NCBI GenBank assembly: GCA_900543525.1
Contig: UQRS01000001.1
Location: forward strand, 1-63,610
DNA length: 63,610 nucleotides
Origin: an uncultured Oscillospiraceae bacterium
GTDB lineage: Bacteria > Bacillota > Clostridia > Oscillospirales > Acutalibacteraceae
Direction: 5' to 3'
Shown one piece after another: positions 9,349 to 20,919 of this stretch. The first letter of the stretch is position 1; each line of letters begins with the position of its first letter. Made by a program: the position numbers and the translations under genes. The notes beneath the pieces were generated by a model, which ran no database searches, was not told the origin of the DNA, and was given only the letters and a program-made list of their open reading frames with translations.

Positions 9349-11088
9349 ATGATTAAATATTTACAGAGACGCTATGCGCTTTCCCGCAAGGGAGCGATCG
9401 ACAACATCAAAGGGATTCTGTGCTGTGCCCTGCAAAATATCTCCTTCATGCTGCCGGTGGGGCTTTTGTACCGGCTGGTGAGCGATATGATGAACGGCAC
9501 GCTGACGACAGGGAGAATTCCGTTTTATGTGATCGGCTGTGTCGCGGCGGCGTTGTTCATTGTTGTCTGCACACGGCTGGAATACGACAACACCTTTCTT
9601 GTCACCTATGTGGAATCGGGTGTGCGCCGTGTGGGGCTTGCCGAGAAGCTGAGAAAGATTCCGCTGTCCTTTTTCGGAAAGAAAGACCTTGCCGACCTGA
9701 CTACCTCCATCATGAACGACTGCGCCGTGCTGGAGCAGAGCCAATCCCATTTTGTCGCGCCGCTGTACGGTGCAATCCTCTCCACTACGGTCATCGCCGT
9801 GTCGATGCTGTTTTTCAACTGGCGCATGGCGCTTGCCGCCGTCTGGCCGCTGCCGGTGGCGTTTGCCATCGTATTGCTTGCCTCCGACGTGCAGAAAAAG
9901 CTCTCCCGCAAAGCAACGGCGGCGAAGGTCGCCTGCGAGGACGGTATTCAGGAATGCATGGAAGCGATGCCCGATCTGCGCGCCAACAATGCCGAGGAGA
10001 GATACCTTTCGGGGCTGGAAAAGAAAATCCGTGCCGTAGAGAGCCGCCTCGTCCGGAGCGAGCTGGGAACGGCTGTCTTTGTGGTTTCCGCGGGACTTGT
10101 CCTGCGGCTGGGTATTGCCACCACCGCCCTTGCGGGCGCGGCTCTGCTGGTAAAGGGTGAGCTGGATGTTTTGACCTTCTTTATGTTCCTTTTGGTGGTA
10201 TCCCGCCTGTATGACCCGCTGGAGGGTACTCTGCAGAACCTTGCCGCCATCATCGGCACCAACAGCAACATCGAGCGCATGAATGAGATTCTGGACTGCC
10301 CCGTGCAATCCGGAAGCGAACAGCTCACCAACCGGAACTGTGACATTGTGTTCGACCATGTGGGTTTTTCTTATCAGAGCGGCGAAACGGTGCTTCGGGA
10401 TGTGTCCTTTACGGCAAAGCAGGGAGAGGTCACGGCGCTGGTCGGACCCTCCGGCGGAGGAAAGACTACCGTTTCCCGCCTGGCGGCGCGGTTCTGGGAC
10501 ATTGACCGGGGCACAATTACAGTAGGTGGCATGGATATCTCCGGAATCGATCCGGAAAAGCTGATGAGCCTCTATTCCATCGTGTTCCAGGATGTCACGC
10601 TGTTTGACAATACGATTTTGGAGAATATCCGTATCGGCCGCAAGGACGCGACGGACGAAGAGGTGATCGCGGCGGCAAAGCTCGCCAATGTGGACAGGTT
10701 CGCAGAAAAGCTTCCCGACGGCTGGAACGCCAACATCGGTGAGAACGGCTGTGAGCTTTCCGGCGGCGAACGGCAGCGTATCTCCATTGCCCGTGCGTTT
10801 TTGAAGGACGCGCCCATCATTCTGCTGGACGAAGCCACCGCCAGCCTGGATGTGGAGAACGAAACAGCCATTCAGGAGGCACTCTCCCGCCTCATCAAAA
10901 ACAAAACCGTCCTCATCATCGCCCACCGGATGCGTACCGTTTCGGGCGCAGACAGGATCGTGGTGCTGAGTGACGGCGCGGTAGCCGAGCAGGGCTCTCC
11001 CGCAGAGCTGCTGCAAGCGGGCGGCATCTTCGCTCATATGGTACGGCTTCAGACCGAGAGCCGGAGCTGGACGCTCGCAAAGGCATAA
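9349..11088 (+). CDS. ABC exporter, fused permease/ATPase (heterodimer partner 2)
   Basis: Walker A GPSGGGKTT, signature LSGGERQR, Walker B LLDEATAS. Starts 4 nt after partner 1. Confidence 0.9.
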   Translation: MIKYLQRRYALSRKGAIDNIKGILCCALQNISFMLPVGLLYRLVSDMMNGTLTTGRIPFYVIGCVAAALFIVVCTRLEYDNTFLVTYVESGVRRVGLAEKLRKIPLSFFGKKDLADLTTSIMNDCAVLEQSQSHFVAPLYGAILSTTVIAVSMLFFNWRMALAAVWPLPVAFAIVLLASDVQKKLSRKATAAKVACEDGIQECMEAMPDLRANNAEERYLSGLEKKIRAVESRLVRSELGTAVFVVSAGLVLRLGIATTALAGAALLVKGELDVLTFFMFLLVVSRLYDPLEGTLQNLAAIIGTNSNIERMNEILDCPVQSGSEQLTNRNCDIVFDHVGFSYQSGETVLRDVSFTAKQGEVTALVGPSGGGKTTVSRLAARFWDIDRGTITVGGMDISGIDPEKLMSLYSIVFQDVTLFDNTILENIRIGRKDATDEEVIAAAKLANVDRFAEKLPDGWNANIGENGCELSGGERQRISIARAFLKDAPIILLDEATASLDVENETAIQEALSRLIKNKTVLIIAHRMRTVSGADRIVVLSDGAVAEQGSPAELLQAGGIFAHMVRLQTESRSWTLAKA

Positions 11089-11112
11089 TCCTCTTTTTGC
11101 CCCGTACAATAC

Positions 11113-11172
11113 AGAGAAAGATACCGGAAAGCCTCAAGGTGTACAATGTGAGCTTCCGGTATCTTTTTCTGT
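11113..11172 (+). terminator. Intrinsic terminator after the ABC exporter pair
   Basis: GAGAAAGATACCGGAA(A)GC / GCTTCCGGTATCTTT long stem followed by TTTCTGT. Confidence 0.7.
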
Positions 11173-11345
11173 ATTCGGATCGGAGACTTTTGCATCGTCC
11201 CCATCTCCGTCAGCCGAATGGCGGGTATGATTATGCGGTTTTCCGGGGTGAGAATCGCCGTTTTTTTCTTTGCTGTGGGCGATTCCCAAAAGCAGAAAGG
11301 ATTATGCCTCCTTGCCCGTTTTTTGAAAATGCCGCCGTTCGGGGA

Positions 11346-11382
11346 CAAAAAAGCACCTGCTTTCAGTCACGAAAGCAGGTGC
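11346..11382 (-). terminator. Intrinsic terminator of the minus-strand ABC-2 operon
   Basis: GCACCTGCTTTC / GAAAGCAGGTGC 12-bp stem with a T-run on the minus strand. Confidence 0.75.
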
Positions 11383-11414
11383 ATGGAGCGATATTCGGCT
11401 TTGGGCGTGGAAAG

Positions 11415-11612
11415 TTACCATTTTCCCTTTTTAATCCTTCCGCCAATCAGGATAACAGAAAACACAGCGACCACAATCACAGCGGAAATCCATATGGGCG
11501 AAAGCACCCATATCCAACTCCACTGGATAACTCCCAACAGCTTCAGCACAATAAAGACAATCGTCAGAACGGATACGATGCCAAGCCCGCCTTGTTTTGC
11601 TTTATTATCCAT
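11415..11612 (-). CDS. Small integral membrane protein (65 aa)
   Basis: Two hydrophobic helices with a KKGKW tail. Overlaps the stop of the upstream permease by 8 nt, suggesting translational coupling. Confidence 0.5.
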   Translation of the reverse strand: MDNKAKQGGLGIVSVLTIVFIVLKLLGVIQWSWIWVLSPIWISAVIVVAVFSVILIGGRIKKGKW

Positions 11613-12846
11613 ATTGTTTCTTAAAAACCTCCTTCATAATTTTTGTAAGCTTCGGTGGCGTGCCGTAAAGAAGCACGCCTACACGGTAAATTTTAGCCGA
11701 CAGAATGCCGATGCCGACGGTAGAGCCGATCAGAATTGCAATAGAAATAAAAATTTCATACCAGGCAACCGTACTCATACAAATTCTCGTAAACATAGCC
11801 ATAGGCGATGTGAACGGAATATATGAGAATACATTCATCAACACGGAGTTTACGTTGCCGCCTATCATCGAGAACAGAACAACCATAAAGGCAATAATGA
11901 AAAGGAAGGTGACAGGCAACACCATAGTGCTTATATCTTCAAGTTTGGACGCGGTTGAGCCGATTGCGCCGTAAAGGAAAGCGTAAATCAAAAAGCCGAG
12001 AACAAAGAACACGAGCATATAAATAAACAGGCTTACGGGCATATCGAATATTGAAGCGATTACCGGATTTTGCAGCTGCGCTTTGTTGATATTATAAAAC
12101 AGCAATGCCGACCCGAACACAAGCACAAGTTGCGTAAACCCTACGATACAGGACGCAAAAACCTTGCCGAACATCATACTTGTCGGCTTTGCGCTTGTAA
12201 TCAAAACTTCCATAGCGCGAGAGCTCTTTTCACTTGCTACGTTGGTCGCAACAAGCTGCCCGTAAAGCATAATAACCGTATACAATGCAAATATCATTAT
12301 GTAGGTGTAGAAATAATTCTTTATCTGGTCAACACCGAGTGTCGTCGTTTCGCTTTCGATAACCACCGACATAATATCTTTCGCCTGTTCGGGGGACAGC
12401 CCGTTTTGTATCATCGCGTTCACTCTGTAAACCTCTTGCAATACCGTGTTCGCAACAGCCTGATTGGAATCCCTCATATTGAGATTGTTTACGTAATACG
12501 TGTAAGACGACGGACTGTTCAGAACAAAAGCGCACTCGACGCTGCCGCTTGTAATCTGCGATTTTATATCGTCGGGCGTTCCGTCCGCGACCTTTACGTT
12601 ATACCCCGTAAAGGCTTGCGTAAAATATTCCTTTACGGTTTCAGAAAGGGTTTCGTCCTCGGCATACACAAGCATTACGGGAAGATCCTTTGACGGGGTT
12701 GTCCCGGACTTGAACGCCGCGATAATATTCGGAATAAACATAGCGACAGCGATTGCGACTACAAGAAAGATCGTGACGCCTGTAAAGACTTTGTTTTTAA
12801 GATAGCCTTTCAGCTCGAATTTGAGTATTTTCCCGAACTGTTTCAT
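11605..12846 (-). CDS. ABC-2 type transporter permease (NatB-like)
   Basis: N-terminal TM helix, large extracytoplasmic loop, then five C-terminal TM helices. Follows the ATPase gene. Confidence 0.8.
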   Translation of the reverse strand: MKQFGKILKFELKGYLKNKVFTGVTIFLVVAIAVAMFIPNIIAAFKSGTTPSKDLPVMLVYAEDETLSETVKEYFTQAFTGYNVKVADGTPDDIKSQITSGSVECAFVLNSPSSYTYYVNNLNMRDSNQAVANTVLQEVYRVNAMIQNGLSPEQAKDIMSVVIESETTTLGVDQIKNYFYTYIMIFALYTVIMLYGQLVATNVASEKSSRAMEVLITSAKPTSMMFGKVFASCIVGFTQLVLVFGSALLFYNINKAQLQNPVIASIFDMPVSLFIYMLVFFVLGFLIYAFLYGAIGSTASKLEDISTMVLPVTFLFIIAFMVVLFSMIGGNVNSVLMNVFSYIPFTSPMAMFTRICMSTVAWYEIFISIAILIGSTVGIGILSAKIYRVGVLLYGTPPKLTKIMKEVFKKQYG

Positions 12847-12858
12847 CGCTCTGCCTCC

Positions 12859-13758
12859 TTACACATGCGCGCCTGCGTACTCTACGAATATATCGTTAAG
12901 GGAGGGCTCAAACACTTTCACCTCGTCGATATCATAGGATTCTACAAGCCGTTTCATCATGGACTGCTTTTCATCGGGGCTTGCAAGCTGAATAAGCAAC
13001 GTGCCGTCCTCGCGTTCGGCGCAAGCCTTTCCCAAATCAGACTTTATCCGTTCGGGGTTTGTTGTGCTTACCACCAACTTATCGCGCACGTAATTCCTCT
13101 TGATTTCAGCCAAATCTCCGCTGATTGCAACCCTGCCCGCGCTGAGGATGGCGATACTGTCGCAAAATTCCTCTATGTACGCCATCTGGTGGCTTGAAAA
13201 CAAAACGATTTTCCCTTGCGAAATCTGTTCCTTTACCACGTCTTTTAAGAGCATGGCATTTACGGGATCAAGCCCCGAAAAAGGCTCATCAAGAATGAGA
13301 ATGTGCGGATCGTGCGCAAGAGTCGTTATCAGCTGAATTTTCTGCTGGTTTCCTTTTGAAAGGGTATCGAGCCGTTTGTTGCGGTACTCGGTCATACCGA
13401 GCCTGTTAAGCCAGTAATCCACCGCCTTGACCGCTTCTTTTGCGCTCATACCCTTCAGCTCCGCAAAATATGCAAGCTGGTCAATAACAGGTTTCTTCGG
13501 ATAAAGTCCTCTTTCTTCGGGAAGATAACCAAGCCCGATTTTGTGATAGTCAATCGGCTTTCCGTCCAGAAGCACCTCTCCGCCGTTTGCGGGAAACACG
13601 TTCATAATAATACGGATAGATGTCGTTTTACCCGCGCCGTTTCTGCCCAGAAGTCCGAACGCTTTGCCGCCCTCTGCCGTGAAAGAAACACCCTTGAGAA
13701 CCTCTTTCTCGCCAAAAGACTTATCTATATTGTTTAATTCAAGTATCATATATCCCAT
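12859..13758 (-). CDS. ABC transporter ATP-binding protein (NatA-like)
   Basis: Walker A GRNGAGKTT, signature LSKGNQQK, Walker B ILDEPFSGLD, plus a C-terminal accessory domain. Confidence 0.9.
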   Translation of the reverse strand: MGYMILELNNIDKSFGEKEVLKGVSFTAEGGKAFGLLGRNGAGKTTSIRIIMNVFPANGGEVLLDGKPIDYHKIGLGYLPEERGLYPKKPVIDQLAYFAELKGMSAKEAVKAVDYWLNRLGMTEYRNKRLDTLSKGNQQKIQLITTLAHDPHILILDEPFSGLDPVNAMLLKDVVKEQISQGKIVLFSSHQMAYIEEFCDSIAILSAGRVAISGDLAEIKRNYVRDKLVVSTTNPERIKSDLGKACAEREDGTLLIQLASPDEKQSMMKRLVESYDIDEVKVFEPSLNDIFVEYAGAHV

Positions 13759-13891
13759 CCTCGCCGATTGTAATTTTATTCTTGCAGACTGGATTGATTT
13801 GGAAATGTTTTTATGATGTCATATTTATAATCAATCACGCGGCTTTTAATGTTACGATACGTTATGGATCAAGCCCGTTGCTCTTTTGTGA

Positions 13892-13993
<102 letters not shown>

Positions 13994-14028
13994 ACCCTGG
14001 CAGAAAGACAAATGGAGGTGCTTTATTA

Positions 14029-14397
14029 ATGGCTCGTATTGCCGGTGTTGACCTGCCGAGAGAGAAGCGGGTTGAAATTGGTCTTACCTACATTTACGGT
14101 GTGGGCCGGAAAACCGCAAACGAAATCCTTGCCGCGACCGGTATCAATCCGGACATCCGGGTGAAGGATTTAACCGAAGACGACGTTTCCAAGATTCGTG
14201 AGTACATCGACCACAATGTCACTGTTGAGGGCGATCTCCGCAGGAATATTGCATTCGACATCAAGCGGCTCATTGAAATCGGAAGCTACCGTGGTACCCG
14301 CCATCGCAAGGGTCTGCCTGTAAGGGGTCAGCGTTCCAAGACGAACGCCCGCACCCGTAAGGGCCCCAAGAAGACGATCGCGAACAAGAAGAAGTAA
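14029..14397 (+). CDS. rpsM: 30S ribosomal protein S13
   Basis: [26 protein letters not shown] is the canonical S13 N-terminus. Confidence 0.97.
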   Translation: MARIAGVDLPREKRVEIGLTYIYGVGRKTANEILAATGINPDIRVKDLTEDDVSKIREYIDHNVTVEGDLRRNIAFDIKRLIEIGSYRGTRHRKGLPVRGQRSKTNARTRKGPKKTIANKKK

Positions 14398-14413
14398 GCA
14401 GGAGGTAGAAACA

Positions 14414-14818
14414 ATGGCTGCTACAAAGGGTAAGAAAGTTACCACAGGGCGCCGCCGCCGCGAGAAGAAAATCGTAGAACGCGGAGCCGCGCATATCCAG
14501 TCGACCTTCAACAACACCATCGTCACCATCACAGATACCAACGGCAACGCACTGTCCTGGGCGTCGGCCGGCGAGCTGGGCTTCAGAGGTTCGAGAAAAT
14601 CGACCCCCTTCGCTGCGCAGAATGCTGCTGAGGTTGCCGCCAAGGCTGCGATGGAGTATGGCCTCAAGACGGTCGAAGTGTACGTAAAGGGCCCCGGTGC
14701 CGGCCGTGAGGCGGCAATCCGCGCTCTGCAGGCCGCCGGTCTTGAGGTGAACATGATCAAGGACGTCACCCCGATTCCGCACAACGGCTGCCGTCCGCCC
14801 AAGAGAAGAAGAGTCTAA
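14414..14818 (+). CDS. rpsK: 30S ribosomal protein S11
   Basis: [17 protein letters not shown] and [19 protein letters not shown] are canonical S11. Confidence 0.97.
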   Translation: MAATKGKKVTTGRRRREKKIVERGAAHIQSTFNNTIVTITDTNGNALSWASAGELGFRGSRKSTPFAAQNAAEVAAKAAMEYGLKTVEVYVKGPGAGREAAIRALQAAGLEVNMIKDVTPIPHNGCRPPKRRRV

Positions 14819-14841
14819 CAAAGAAGGAGGGCACTGAAGCT

Positions 14842-15435
14842 ATGGCTAAAAATACACAGCCTGTTCTGAAAAGATGCAAGACGCTGGGCATTTCCCCGGC
14901 CGTCATGGGCTATGCGAAAAACACCAACAGAAACCCGAAGCAGATGCGCCGCAAGCAGTCGGAGTACGGCATGCAGCTGGCTGAAAAGCAGAAGGTTAAA
15001 TTCATTTACGGCGTGCTGGAGAAGCCGTTCCGCAAGTATTATGAGAAGGCCGAGCAGAAGCAGGGCATCACTGGTGAAATCCTTCTGCAGGAGCTGGAGC
15101 GCCGGCTGGACAACGTTGTGTTCCGCATGGGCTTCGCCAACACACGGCGTGAGGCGAGACAGCTTGCCGGTCACGGCCACTTTACCGTCAACGGTCAGCG
15201 GGTGGATATCCCCTCTTACCAGGTAAAGCCGGGCGACGTGATCGCCGTTCGGGAAAAGTCCCGTTCGTCGGAGAAGTTTAAAGCTCTGATCGAGCAGAAC
15301 GGCGGAAAGAACTGCCCGAAGTGGATTGAGAAGGCAAAGGATTCCTTTGAGGGGAAAATCGTTGCCATGCCGATGCGTGACGACATCGACTTTGAAGTTG
15401 CCGAGCATCTGATCGTCGAGTTGTACTCCAAGTAA
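14842..15435 (+). CDS. rpsD: 30S ribosomal protein S4
   Basis: LERRLDNVVFRMGFA.TRREARQLV-like S4 motif. 197 aa. Confidence 0.97.
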   Translation: MAKNTQPVLKRCKTLGISPAVMGYAKNTNRNPKQMRRKQSEYGMQLAEKQKVKFIYGVLEKPFRKYYEKAEQKQGITGEILLQELERRLDNVVFRMGFANTRREARQLAGHGHFTVNGQRVDIPSYQVKPGDVIAVREKSRSSEKFKALIEQNGGKNCPKWIEKAKDSFEGKIVAMPMRDDIDFEVAEHLIVELYSK

Positions 15436-15495
15436 TCCGTTTTGGATTGCTTGGAACAATGGCGCTTGCCGCCTAACTTAAAAGGAGGTTTCTAA

Positions 15496-16443
15496 ATGAT
15501 TGAGATTGAAAAGCCCAGAATAGAAACTCTCGACCTTCTTCCCGACGGAACCTACGGCAAATTCATTTTGGAGCCGTTGGAGAGGGGTTTTGGAACCACC
15601 ATCGGCAACAGTCTGCGCCGGGTCCTGCTCTCGTCCCTGCCCGGCGTGGCAGCGACCTCGATCAAAATCGACGGCGTCGTGCATGAGTTTTCGACCGTGC
15701 CTGGCGTGACGGAGGATGTCACCGAAATCGTTTTGAATATCAAATCGCTGACGGCCAAGCTGCACTGCGATGAGCCGAAGACGGTCTATATCGAAGCGGA
15801 GGGTCCCTGCGAAGTGACCGGCGGTTCGATCAAGGCTGATTCCGAGGTGGAAATTCTCAACCCCGAACTGCACATCGCCACTTTGGGCGAGGGTGCCAAG
15901 CTCAATATGGAGATTGTTCTCGACAAAGGGCGCGGCTATGTTCCGGCTGAGAAGAATAAGCAGAATCCTGCCGTAATCGGTGTGATTCCGGTTGACTCTA
16001 TCTACACGCCTGTGGTCAAAGCGAACTATACGGTGGAAAACACCCGGGTCGGCCAAATCACGGATTATGATAAGCTGATCCTTGAGGTGTGGACCAACGG
16101 AACCATCTCGGCGAAAGAGTCGGTTTCTTTGGCTGCCAAGGTCCTCACTGAACATCTCAACCTCTTTGTCGAACTGTCCGGTGACGCCTATAACGGTGAG
16201 ATCATGGTGGAAAAAGACAATAAGGGCAAGGAAAAGGTTCTTGAGATGACCATTGAAGAACTTGACCTGTCGGTGCGCTCCTTCAACTGCTTGAAGCGAG
16301 CTGGCATCAATACGGTGGAGGATCTGATCAACAAGTCCGAGGAGGACATGATGAAGGTTCGGAATCTCGGCCGTAAATCGCTGGAGGAGGTTATCCACAA
16401 GCTCGAGTCTTTGGGCTTCACCCTCCGCAGCGACGACGAATAA
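15496..16443 (+). CDS. rpoA: DNA-directed RNA polymerase subunit alpha
   Basis: [28 protein letters not shown] and C-terminal [16 protein letters not shown]. Confidence 0.97.
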   Translation: MIEIEKPRIETLDLLPDGTYGKFILEPLERGFGTTIGNSLRRVLLSSLPGVAATSIKIDGVVHEFSTVPGVTEDVTEIVLNIKSLTAKLHCDEPKTVYIEAEGPCEVTGGSIKADSEVEILNPELHIATLGEGAKLNMEIVLDKGRGYVPAEKNKQNPAVIGVIPVDSIYTPVVKANYTVENTRVGQITDYDKLILEVWTNGTISAKESVSLAAKVLTEHLNLFVELSGDAYNGEIMVEKDNKGKEKVLEMTIEELDLSVRSFNCLKRAGINTVEDLINKSEEDMMKVRNLGRKSLEEVIHKLESLGFTLRSDDE

Positions 16444-16494
16444 ACCCTTTGAACGATTATATTTTTTACTCTACGGTAAAAGGAGTGAGTATAA

Positions 16495-16836
16495 ATGCCC
16501 GGTACCAGAAAGCTCGGAAGAACCACCGATCACAGAACCGCCATGCTCAGGGCGATGGTCACCTACCTGCTGGAGAACGGCAGGATTGAGACCACCTACA
16601 CCCGCGCGCTGGAAGTTCGGTCGATGGCAGAGAAATATATCACCCTCGCAAAGACGGACAGCCTGCACTCCAAGCGGCAGGCCATGGCGTTTATCACAAA
16701 GGAAGCTGTCGTCAAGAAGCTTTATGATGAGATTGCGCCGAAATACAGCACCCGCAACGGCGGCTATACCCGGATCACAAAGACCGGCCCCCGCCGCGGC
16801 GACGCTGCCGAGATGGCGATTATCGAACTGGTCTGA
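16495..16836 (+). CDS. rplQ: 50S ribosomal protein L17
   Basis: [15 protein letters not shown]...GGYTRI canonical L17. Confidence 0.97.
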   Translation: MPGTRKLGRTTDHRTAMLRAMVTYLLENGRIETTYTRALEVRSMAEKYITLAKTDSLHSKRQAMAFITKEAVVKKLYDEIAPKYSTRNGGYTRITKTGPRRGDAAEMAIIELV

Positions 16837-16891
16837 TCCAGTCTTTGCCGGAGGAGAGGAGTCTCCGCTTCCCGGCAAACAGTGCAAATGA

Positions 16892-16951
16892 AAACCCCCG
16901 GTACCCCCCTTTTCAAAGGGGCTTGTACCGGGGGTTTGTTTTGTCTGTTTT
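16892..16951. terminator. Intrinsic terminator after rplQ, shared with the convergent MATE gene
   Basis: AAACCCCCGGTAC ... GTACCGGGGGTTT long stem followed by GTTTTGTCTGTTTTT. Confidence 0.75.
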
Positions 16952-17027
16952 TCGCCCGACCGGGGGCTGTGCCCGGCCGGACTTTCAGCGAACTCACCCC
17001 GCCAAGCCTTCCGCGGCCGGGGGAGGA

Positions 17028-18446
17028 TTACGACCGTTTTGCGAGGTTTTCTTCCGGCCGACCGAGCGTGCGATAGGTGTAGATAATCACACAAATCGAG
17101 ATCAGGAAGGTCAGAATATCTGCCGCCGGCATGGAGAAGAGCACGCCGTCCAGCCCCATGAAAATCGGAAACAGCAGCGCCAGTCCTACGCCAAAGACGA
17201 TCTCCCGCACCACCGAAAGCAGGGTCGAGGTCAGCGCCTTTCCAAGCGATTGCAGGTAGATAAAGGTCGCCTTGTTGACGCAGGCCAAAACCAGCATGCA
17301 GAGGTAAACGCGAAAGCACCGGACGGCAAATTCCGTGTAATAGATACTCTCGTTTCCGGCGCCGAACAGCGCGATCAGCTGCCTCGGGAAGCACTCGACA
17401 ATCAGCGTGGCGACCGCGCCGACCGCCGCCTCTGCCGCCAGAAGGTAGGAGAAAAGGCTTCTGGCACGATCCTTTCGTCCGGCGCCCATATTGTAGCCGA
17501 CGATCGGGATGCAGCCGGCCGCCATGCCGATCGAAACGGAAATGACAATCTGGAAAAACTTCATCACGATTCCGACCACCGCCATGGGAATCTGTGCGTA
17601 CTGCGGTTGTCCGAAAACCGGATCAAGTGCGCCGTATTTCCGGATCATGTTGTTGATGGCCGCCATGGCCGCCACCAGGGAAATCTGGGACAAAAGCGAG
17701 CAGATTCCCAGCGACAGAAAGCGGGAGATCACCTTTCGATCCGGCCGGAAGCTGTCGCGGGAGAGCCTTACGGCCTTCATGTGAAACAGATACCAGACGG
17801 CCAGCACGGCGGTCAGAATCTGTCCGAGCACGGTGGCGACAGCCGCTCCCATCATGCCCCATCGGAACAGAAAGATAAACACCGGGTCGAGGATCAGGTT
17901 GACCACCGCGCCGGCCAGAATGGAAATCATGGCGAAGCGGGGGCTGCCGTCCGATCGGATGATCGGATTCATGGCCTGCCCGAACATGTAAAAGGGAATG
18001 CCCATGGCAATATAGAGGAAATATTCTTTGGAATGACGAAAGGTCTCTTCATTGACGCGGCCGCCGAAGAGGGTCAGTAAAGGCTCCTGAAAAATCAGGT
18101 AAACCGCGGTCAGGATGACGCTGCCGATCAGCACCAGCAAAACCGCGTTGCCGATGCTGCGTCCGGCGCGATCGTTCTTCTTCGCGCCGAGGCTGAGGCT
18201 GACAAAGGCGCAGCAGCCGTCACCGATCATGACCGCAACCGCGAGGGCGACGACGGTCAGCGGAAAGACCACCGTGTTTGCCGCGTTTCCATAGGAGCCG
18301 AGGTAGGTCGCGTTGGCGATGAAAATCTGGTCAACGATGTTGTACAGCGCCGCTACCAGCAGACTGAGAATGCAGGGCAGCGCATACTTCAGCATCAGAC
18401 GGGAAAGCTTCTCGCTTTCCAGGAATGCGTTGGATTTCTTTTGCAT
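17028..18446 (-). CDS. MATE family efflux transporter
   Basis: 472 aa, 12 predicted TM helices. N-terminus LSRLMLKYALPCILSLLVAALYNIVDQIFI is typical of MATE. Confidence 0.9.
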   Translation of the reverse strand: MQKKSNAFLESEKLSRLMLKYALPCILSLLVAALYNIVDQIFIANATYLGSYGNAANTVVFPLTVVALAVAVMIGDGCCAFVSLSLGAKKNDRAGRSIGNAVLLVLIGSVILTAVYLIFQEPLLTLFGGRVNEETFRHSKEYFLYIAMGIPFYMFGQAMNPIIRSDGSPRFAMISILAGAVVNLILDPVFIFLFRWGMMGAAVATVLGQILTAVLAVWYLFHMKAVRLSRDSFRPDRKVISRFLSLGICSLLSQISLVAAMAAINNMIRKYGALDPVFGQPQYAQIPMAVVGIVMKFFQIVISVSIGMAAGCIPIVGYNMGAGRKDRARSLFSYLLAAEAAVGAVATLIVECFPRQLIALFGAGNESIYYTEFAVRCFRVYLCMLVLACVNKATFIYLQSLGKALTSTLLSVVREIVFGVGLALLFPIFMGLDGVLFSMPAADILTFLISICVIIYTYRTLGRPEENLAKRS

Positions 18447-18887
18447 AGCTAAAAACCTCCGAAAAATTCAGTTTCAGGCGGACGGGAAAATTCCGGCAGC
18501 CTGCAGGGGACAAAATGTGTGTAAAAAAAGAAAAAGCCTGCGGCCTGCAAGCTGGATTTACGCCGAAGGCCACACGCTTTTTATGCTTTTGTGATAAACC
18601 GCCGTCCGGGAGACTGGTCGCCCGGGCGATCGTCCGATCGCCGCGCCGCTGCGTTATGAAAAGCGGGAGGGGGGTGCCCCTCGGCTTGCTGGTGCAAAAC
18701 AGGCAGCCTGAATTTATAAAACACGGGATGCAGAAGACGGGCGATTCGGGACGGTGCGTGCCGCTGATCCTGCCCTTTGAACATAAAAAAACAGCGGGCG
18801 GCAAACAACTGGTTTTACGCAGTTTACTGCCACTCGCTGTATTTTTATTCTATCATATTTTTGAAAATTTGCAAGCGCTTTGTTCTC

Positions 18888-20600
<1,713 letters not shown>

Positions 20601-20919
20601 TTATATTAGCATTTTTGTCGTCCGCTGTAAACCGTTTTTTTGTATTTTTTTGCATAAAAGATGTATAAAATTTCGCCCCTGTACGATCAATTATTTTTTT
20701 CTTTTTTGTTCAAATTTGTGAGGATTGCGCATACAATATCTCGTGTGTGAATTTCATTACATCTCCTAAATTCGTCATTTTTGTGCAAGCTTCATATAAA
20801 ATCGATGTAAAATACTACATTTCGTTTTATAAAATCACAACAAAACTATTGAAAAGGTAAAAAAAATTTGCTAAAATAAAAGCTACGAAGATGGTTATTT
20901 ATGGAAAGGAAGTGCCGTT

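Noticed and set aside
11097-11826. Plus-strand ORFs 11097..11624 and 11218..11826.
   Set aside because: They span two terminators and are antisense to the small membrane protein and permease genes.
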